Shown: piece by piece, positions 58,979-64,000 of the stretch
Layout: each line of letters begins with the position of its first letter
Position numbering within the stretch: the first letter of the stretch is position 1
Source: Planctomycetota bacterium
GTDB lineage: Bacteria; Planctomycetota; UBA1135; UBA2386
Assembly: GCA_019636245.1 (NCBI GenBank)
Contig: JAHBXX010000006.1
Location: 8,496 to 72,495 of the forward strand
DNA length: 64,000 nucleotides
Direction: 5' to 3'
Made by a program: the position numbers and the translations under genes
Notes under the pieces: generated by a model
What the model was told of the DNA's origin: nothing
What the model saw: only the letters and a program-made list of their open reading frames with translations
Database searches by the model: none

Positions 58979-60981
58979 GGCATGACGACGCCCCCAGGCC
59001 AGCCGTCGCGGCGCCGGCGACCCGCGCGCTCGGGAGTCTGCCCTTCGTGGCCGTCGCCGTCCTGGGCCTCGCCGCCTGGTGGGGTGTCTGGCGCGGGCAG
59101 TTCCTGTTCGACGACCATCCGGCGATCGTCGACAACCTGGCGCTGCAGGCCGGCGACGGCTTCGGAGCCGCGTTTGGTCCGCGCCACCAGCCGCTGGCGA
59201 ACCGGCCACTGACCTGCTGGTCGTTGGTGCTCGACTTCGCCGTGTTCGGACCGGGCCCGCGGGGCCCGCATCTCACCAATCTGCTGCTGCACCTCGCCAA
59301 CGCGCTGCTGCTGCTCGCCACGGCGCGGCGCGCGCTGCGCGGACCGAACCTCGGCGCCGCGTTCCCGCCGGCGCGCGCGACCGCGGTCGCCACGGCGGTC
59401 GCCGGGCTGTGGGGCGTGCACCCGCTCGCGGCCGACGCGGTCGCCTACGCGACCCAGCGGTCGACGTTGCTGTTCTCGGCCTGCCTGCTGCTGGCGTGCC
59501 TCGCGACGGCGCGTGGCACTCCGGCTGCGGCGGCGCCGTCGCGCGCACACCGGGCCTGGCGTGCCGTCGCCGTGGCCGCCGTCGCGCTCGGCATGGCCGG
59601 CAAGGAGGACTTCGTCACGGCGCCGCTGCTCGTCGTGCTGTTCCAGCGGGCGTTCCTGCTGCCGTCGTGGGCGGCGGTGGCGCGGCAGCGCGGCTTCCTG
59701 GCGGCGCTCGCGGCCAGCTGGCTGGTGCTCGCGGTCTGCCTGGGGCTCGGGCCGAGCAATCCGACCGTCGGCTACGCCACGGCGGCGCCCGTCACCGCCT
59801 GGCGGTGGCTGCTGACCCAGGCGCCGGTCGTGGTGCTCTACGCGCGGCTGGCCGTGTGGCCCTGGCCGCTGCGCGGCGCCTACGACGACGGCGTCGTCGC
59901 CTCGCTCGCCGAGGCGGCGTTGCCCGGCCTGCTGGTGCTGGCGGCGCTCGCCGCGACGGTGCTGGCGTGGCGGCGGCGGCCGTGGTGGGGCTTCCTGGGT
60001 GCGCTGTGGTTCCTGCTGCTGGCGCCGACCTCGACGGTGCTGCCGATCGTCACCGAGATCACCGCCGAGCGCCGCGCCTACCTGCCGATGCTCGCCGTGC
60101 TGGTGCCGGTGGTGCTCGGGGTCGAGCGGCTGACCAGCACGCGGCGGTGGCTGCGTGGGCCGCTGTGGCTGGCCGCCGTGGCGGCGCTCGCCGCGGTCGC
60201 CCAGGCCAGGGTGGCGGTCTACGCCGATCCGGCGCGCTTCTGGCAGGACGCCTTCGACCGCCGCGATCCACAGCGGCGCACGTCGCTGGCGGCGCAGATC
60301 CTCGACAACCACGGCTCGCAGCTCTGGCAGCAGGGGCGCTTCGACGAGGCGCACGCCTGCTTCGAGCAGGCGGTGCGATGCGACAACCCGACGGCGATCG
60401 AGCACGTGCACCACGCCGTGTCGCTGCAGCGGCTCGGTCGACACGTCGAGGCGGTGCGCATCCTGCGCGACCTCGCCGTGCTGGCGCCCGAGCACGTCGA
60501 GGTGCTCGGCAACCTCGGCACGGCGCTCCTGACCTGGCACCACGCCGAGGGAGCCGGCCCGGGCGACGCGCGGCTGGTCGAGGCGGAGGCGGCGCTGGCG
60601 CGCAGCGTGGCGCTGCAGCCCAACCGCATCGTGTTCTGGAACAGCCTCGCCTACGTCTGGAAGGTCCTGGGCCGCCTGGTCGAGTCCGAGGCCGCCTACC
60701 GTCGGGTCACCGGCGCCGACACCGACCGCGTCGAACCGTTCCTCTACCACGCCGAGGTGCTCGAACGGCTCGGCCGCAGCGCCGAGATCCCGGCCCTGTT
60801 CGAACGGCTGCTGGCGGGGCGGCCGACCGACGTCGGCCTGCGCCTGCACATCGCCGAGATCGACCTGCGCCGCGGCGACCTGGCGTCGGTGCGGCGGCTC
60901 GCCGGCGAAGCGCTGCAGCTCGAGCCCGGCAACGCGCGCGCGGCGGCACTCCTGCGGCAGGCGGAGTCGCGCGGCCGCTGA
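58975..60981 (+). CDS. TMTC/PMT-like GT-C membrane protein with C-terminal TPR repeats, tandem paralog (668 aa)
   Basis: ATG at 58975 overlaps the upstream stop (ATGA). Motifs seen: GQFLFDDHPAI, MAGKEDFVTAPLL, STVLPIVTEITAERRAYLP and a TPR tail. It is in the frame of track ORF 56878..60981. Confidence 0.75.
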   Translation: MRHDDAPRPAVAAPATRALGSLPFVAVAVLGLAAWWGVWRGQFLFDDHPAIVDNLALQAGDGFGAAFGPRHQPLANRPLTCWSLVLDFAVFGPGPRGPHLTNLLLHLANALLLLATARRALRGPNLGAAFPPARATAVATAVAGLWGVHPLAADAVAYATQRSTLLFSACLLLACLATARGTPAAAAPSRAHRAWRAVAVAAVALGMAGKEDFVTAPLLVVLFQRAFLLPSWAAVARQRGFLAALAASWLVLAVCLGLGPSNPTVGYATAAPVTAWRWLLTQAPVVVLYARLAVWPWPLRGAYDDGVVASLAEAALPGLLVLAALAATVLAWRRRPWWGFLGALWFLLLAPTSTVLPIVTEITAERRAYLPMLAVLVPVVLGVERLTSTRRWLRGPLWLAAVAALAAVAQARVAVYADPARFWQDAFDRRDPQRRTSLAAQILDNHGSQLWQQGRFDEAHACFEQAVRCDNPTAIEHVHHAVSLQRLGRHVEAVRILRDLAVLAPEHVEVLGNLGTALLTWHHAEGAGPGDARLVEAEAALARSVALQPNRIVFWNSLAYVWKVLGRLVESEAAYRRVTGADTDRVEPFLYHAEVLERLGRSAEIPALFERLLAGRPTDVGLRLHIAEIDLRRGDLASVRRLAGEALQLEPGNARAAALLRQAESRGR

Positions 60982-60987
60982 GGCGGC

Positions 60988-61314
60988 TCAGGGCACGCGC
61001 TTCCAGTTCGCGGCGACGAACTGACCGTCCTGCATCGCGCCGCTGGCCTCGATCTTCGCGCCGGCCTTGCCCTGGGCGCAGAACTCCATCTTGCCGAGCG
61101 TCGGGTTGACCAGGGGCACGTACTTGCCGTCGACGAGCACGTAGTTGCCGCACTTGCCGACGCCCTCGATCGCGCAACCGCACTTGGCGTCGAGCGTCTG
61201 CGCGGTCGCGGTCGTGCCGGTCGGCGGCGGCACGTAGGTCGTCGTCTTCTCGCCCGTGCAGGCGGCGAGGAACAGCGAGGCGGTGAGGAGGACGGCGGGC
61301 AGGAGTTGGCGCAT
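60988..61314 (-). CDS. small lipoprotein, hypothetical (Cys-rich: CGC...C...C)
   Basis: MRQLLPAVLLTASLFLAACTGE carries a lipobox. 108 aa with a protein-like composition. Confidence 0.7.
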   Translation of the reverse strand: MRQLLPAVLLTASLFLAACTGEKTTTYVPPPTGTTATAQTLDAKCGCAIEGVGKCGNYVLVDGKYVPLVNPTLGKMEFCAQGKAGAKIEASGAMQDGQFVAANWKRVP

Positions 61315-61383
61315 CGTGGTCCGGGGAGGTCGAAGGGTCTCGGGCAGACTGGACCCGGATCGGGCCAGCCTCCCCCGACAGTG

Positions 61384-62598
61384 CTACGCCGTATGGCCCG
61401 GCGGGTCCAGCCGCGGCGCGCGGAACAGCGCCACGAATCCAACCCCCACGAGGCCGGCGCCGACGCAGGGCAGCAGCCAGACCGCGCTCCAGTCGACCCC
61501 GTCCGGCGTCGCGTGGTGCTTGACCAGCGCCGTCACCACCTGGGCGCCGATCAGCATGCCGAGCCCCTGCGTGACCAGCACCAGCAGGCCCTGTGCCTGG
61601 CCGCGCAGGTCCCGCCGGGCGCAGCGGTCGACGTAGACCTGGCCGGTGACGAAGAAGAAGTCGTAGCAGATGCCGTGCAGCAGGATGCCGCCGAGCACCA
61701 GCGGCGCGGTCGGCGGCGCGGCGGTGGCGGCGGCGCTCCACAGCCCGTAGCGCACCACCCAGGCGGCCATGCCGATGGCCAGCATCCACTTGACGCCGAG
61801 CCGGGCGAAGCAGAGCGGCATCACCAGCATGAACAGCACCTCGGCCCACTGGCCGAAGGTCAGGTAGTAACCGGGGTTCTCCCAGACCGTCGCGGCGAAC
61901 TGGTTGCCGTAGCTGTAGTAGCCGGCGAGTGGGATGCAGATCAGGAACGAGCCGGCCAGGAACACCGGAAAGCCGCGCGTGCGCAGCAGCTCGAGCGCGC
62001 CGAGCCCGAACAGCTCGCCGACCCGCACCGGCTGGCCCTTGGCCGGCGGCGGCGTGTGCGGCAGCAGCCACGCGAAGCCCGCCAGCAGCAGCGAGGCGAT
62101 GCCGGCGACCTGGAACATGACCGGCCTGGTGTCGGCCCCGAGTCCCTTGCTGACCAGCGTGACGGCGGCGATCCAGCCGAGCGTGCCGAACACGCGCACC
62201 AGCGGGAACCGCTTCTCGGCGTCGCCGAGGTGGTGGAAGGCGACCGTGTTCGACAGGCCGAGCGTCGGCATGTAGCAGAGCATGTAGGCGAGCACGCACC
62301 ACTCGAACGCGGCGGCGTCCGCGGCCGCGATCGCCGCCGGCACCGGCAGCAGCATCACCGCGCCGCCGAGCGCGTGCAGCAGCGCCAGCACGCGCTGCGA
62401 GGCGAAGAAACGGTCGGCGACGAGACCGAGGAACAGCGGCGAGATCAGCGCCGCGATCGGGCCGGCGGAGTAGACCCAGCCGGTCGTCGACTGGTCCCAC
62501 TGCATCGCCGGCACGAAGGTGCCCGCGGTCACGAACCAGCTCCCCCAGACGAAGAACTGGAGGAACATCATCACGCACAGCAGCGGGAACTTCGGCAT
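61384..62598 (-). CDS. MFS nucleoside:H+ symporter (NupG/XapB-like)
   Basis: The N-terminus FLQFFVWGSWFVTAGTF resembles NupG (FLQFCLWGSWLTTLG). 12 TM helices. Confidence 0.8.
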   Translation of the reverse strand: MPKFPLLCVMMFLQFFVWGSWFVTAGTFVPAMQWDQSTTGWVYSAGPIAALISPLFLGLVADRFFASQRVLALLHALGGAVMLLPVPAAIAAADAAAFEWCVLAYMLCYMPTLGLSNTVAFHHLGDAEKRFPLVRVFGTLGWIAAVTLVSKGLGADTRPVMFQVAGIASLLLAGFAWLLPHTPPPAKGQPVRVGELFGLGALELLRTRGFPVFLAGSFLICIPLAGYYSYGNQFAATVWENPGYYLTFGQWAEVLFMLVMPLCFARLGVKWMLAIGMAAWVVRYGLWSAAATAAPPTAPLVLGGILLHGICYDFFFVTGQVYVDRCARRDLRGQAQGLLVLVTQGLGMLIGAQVVTALVKHHATPDGVDWSAVWLLPCVGAGLVGVGFVALFRAPRLDPPGHTA

Positions 62599-62659
62599 GG
62601 GCCGGGATTCTGGCCGCGGCGCCGGCCGCCGGCCAGCGAACGCGCCGGCGGCGCCGGCC

Positions 62660-63736
62660 TCAGGCGTAGTGGCGGCCGAAGCGGTTCTGCAGGAAGGCGT
62701 CGTAGTCGACGCTCTCCATCTTCAGCAGGCCCTGACTCGGCAGCTGGCCCTGACGCAGCATGTCGACGATCGCCGCCACGCCGGCCGCGGTGGTGATCTG
62801 GATGCCGCTCCAGTTCTCGCCGTCGATCTGCTGGTGGAAGATCGTCTTGGCGTAGGTGCGCTCGGTCAGGCGGCCGTGCACCTTGCCGGTGGCGCTGACG
62901 AAGATCACGATCTGGTCCTGGAACGTGGTCGGCATGCTGCGCTCGAGGATGTCGCGCAGCAGGGGCTGCTGCTCCTGCATCTGCAGGTCGTGCAGCAGGA
63001 ACTTCATCAGCTCGCAGTGGCCCGGATAGCGGATCGTCTTGTAGTTGACGTTCTTGACCCGGTCCTTCAGCGTGATCGCCAACGTGCCGAGGCCGCCGGA
63101 GGTGTTGAAGGCCTCGTAGTCGACGCCGTCGATCGTCAGCCGTTCGAGCTGCTCGAGCGGCGGCACCGTCGTCAGCTGGCCGTGCTCGACCGCCTCGCAG
63201 GGGTTGCAGTACTCGTTGATCAGCCCCTCGGTGCTCCAGGTCAGGTTGTACTTGAGGCGGTTCGACGGGTAGCGCGGCAGCGCGCCGACGCGCAGCCGCA
63301 GGTCGCTGACCTCGGTCATCGACCGCATCAGGTGGTTGGCGACGATGGTGATGAAGCCGGGCGCCAGCCCGCACTGCGGCGCGAACAGCGTCCTGCTGTC
63401 GGCCGCGAGCTGCACCACCTCGTGCGTCACCTCGACGTCCTCGGTGAGGTCGAAGTAGTGCACGCCGTGCGCCTTGGCCAGCCGCGCGATCGCCGGGTTG
63501 CAGTGGTAGGGGGCGCAGCTGACCACCGCCCAGGCGCCCTGCAGCATCGCCTCGAGGCTCTTCGGATCGGCGAAGTCGACCACCTTGCCGCGCACCTCCG
63601 GGTAGCGACGCGCCAGCGCGTCGACGGCGGCCTGGGAGACGTCGCCGACGTGCACGGCGTAGTCGCCGCACGTCGCGGTCAGATGGCAGACCATGCGCCC
63701 GATCTTGCCGGCGCCGAGGATGACGAGGTTCTTCAT
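62660..63736 (-). CDS. saccharopine dehydrogenase family NAD(P)-binding enzyme
   Basis: ATG at 63736 gives MKNLVILGAGKIGRMV, a Rossmann GxGxxG motif. The central GLAPGF and C-terminal regions are typical of the saccharopine / lysine-6 / carboxynorspermidine dehydrogenase family. Confidence 0.75.
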   Translation of the reverse strand: MKNLVILGAGKIGRMVCHLTATCGDYAVHVGDVSQAAVDALARRYPEVRGKVVDFADPKSLEAMLQGAWAVVSCAPYHCNPAIARLAKAHGVHYFDLTEDVEVTHEVVQLAADSRTLFAPQCGLAPGFITIVANHLMRSMTEVSDLRLRVGALPRYPSNRLKYNLTWSTEGLINEYCNPCEAVEHGQLTTVPPLEQLERLTIDGVDYEAFNTSGGLGTLAITLKDRVKNVNYKTIRYPGHCELMKFLLHDLQMQEQQPLLRDILERSMPTTFQDQIVIFVSATGKVHGRLTERTYAKTIFHQQIDGENWSGIQITTAAGVAAIVDMLRQGQLPSQGLLKMESVDYDAFLQNRFGRHYA

Positions 63737-63814
63737 GGGCGGTGCAGGGGGGCGGGCATTGTTGGGAGCGCCCCCGCCGCGTGCAAGCGCGGTCGGCCGC
63801 ATCGGCCGACGGCC

Positions 63815-64000
63815 CTAGCCGCGCTTCTGGCCGACGACGATGCTGATCCAGGCCTCGTCCATGTCGCCGCGCTCCTTGCGCCGGAACACGCCGTTGCCGG
63901 CGCCGGTCGCCTTGTCGGTGCCCTCCCAGAGCACGTGCACGTCCACGAAGCCGGCCTCGGCGAACAGCTCGCGCAGCTCGGCCAGCGTCCACAGCCGCCA
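63815..64000 (-). CDS. C-terminal fragment of a probable SAM-dependent methyltransferase (gene continues beyond the right edge)
   Basis: Manual translation gives WRLWTLAELRELFAEAGFVDVHVLWEGTD...GVFRRKERGDMDEAWISIVVGQKRG, then a stop (TAG at 63817->63815). Absent from the ORF track because it has no start in the window. Confidence 0.5.
   Translation of the reverse strand, partial: WRLWTLAELRELFAEAGFVDVHVLWEGTDKATGAGNGVFRRKERGDMDEAWISIVVGQKRG

Overview
Very GC-rich bacterial chromosomal window, with diderm hallmarks (BamD, LptE-like, RND/MFP, LPS-core glycosyltransferases). It is densely coding, and I support about 55 CDS. Most long Arg/Ala/Pro/Gly-rich ORFs in the six-frame track are antisense or out-of-frame shadows. 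Real frames were chosen by protein-like sequence, recognisable family motifs, G/C-rich third codon positions and start/stop coupling to neighbours. Functions come from motif recognition only, since no database search was possible.

Recognisable content:
- A complete Na+-translocating NADH:quinone oxidoreductase locus: nqrM-like, nqrABCDEF and apbE.
- An RND efflux pair, and a tRNA-Sec (selC).
- mazG, sodB, an LPS-core-type glycosyltransferase and kinase cluster, a cyclophilin, bamD, lptE-like, recO and a corC-like gene.
- An HDOD-GGDEF protein, two ECF sigma factors, hutI with a glutamate formimidoyltransferase, and htrA.
- An AceE-like ThDP enzyme, a large Ser/Thr kinase with a beta-propeller, ispG, and a pterin dehydratase.
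- Two transporters, a saccharopine-dehydrogenase-family enzyme, and several GT-C-type membrane proteins.

No CRISPR array, transposase, integrase, phage module or recognisable defence system was seen.

Most interesting observations:
1. An orphan near-consensus sigma-54 promoter and the only canonical intrinsic terminator in the window bracket an ~85-nt non-coding transcript at 26155..26266.
2. A lipoprotein gene is coupled to a Ser/Thr-kinase-TPR-GAF-sigma-54-activator fusion. The fusion is interrupted by a 1-nt frameshift and is followed directly by a second sigma-54 promoter driving a small secreted protein.
3. selC overlaps the 3' end of the RND gene in antisense.
4. Four secreted proteins share an unannotated C-terminal module. 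Two of them are ~2-kb paralogs flanking an MFS gene, with near-identical 3' ends.
5. Two tandem TMTC/PMT-like GT-C plus TPR membrane proteins sit next to those paralogs.
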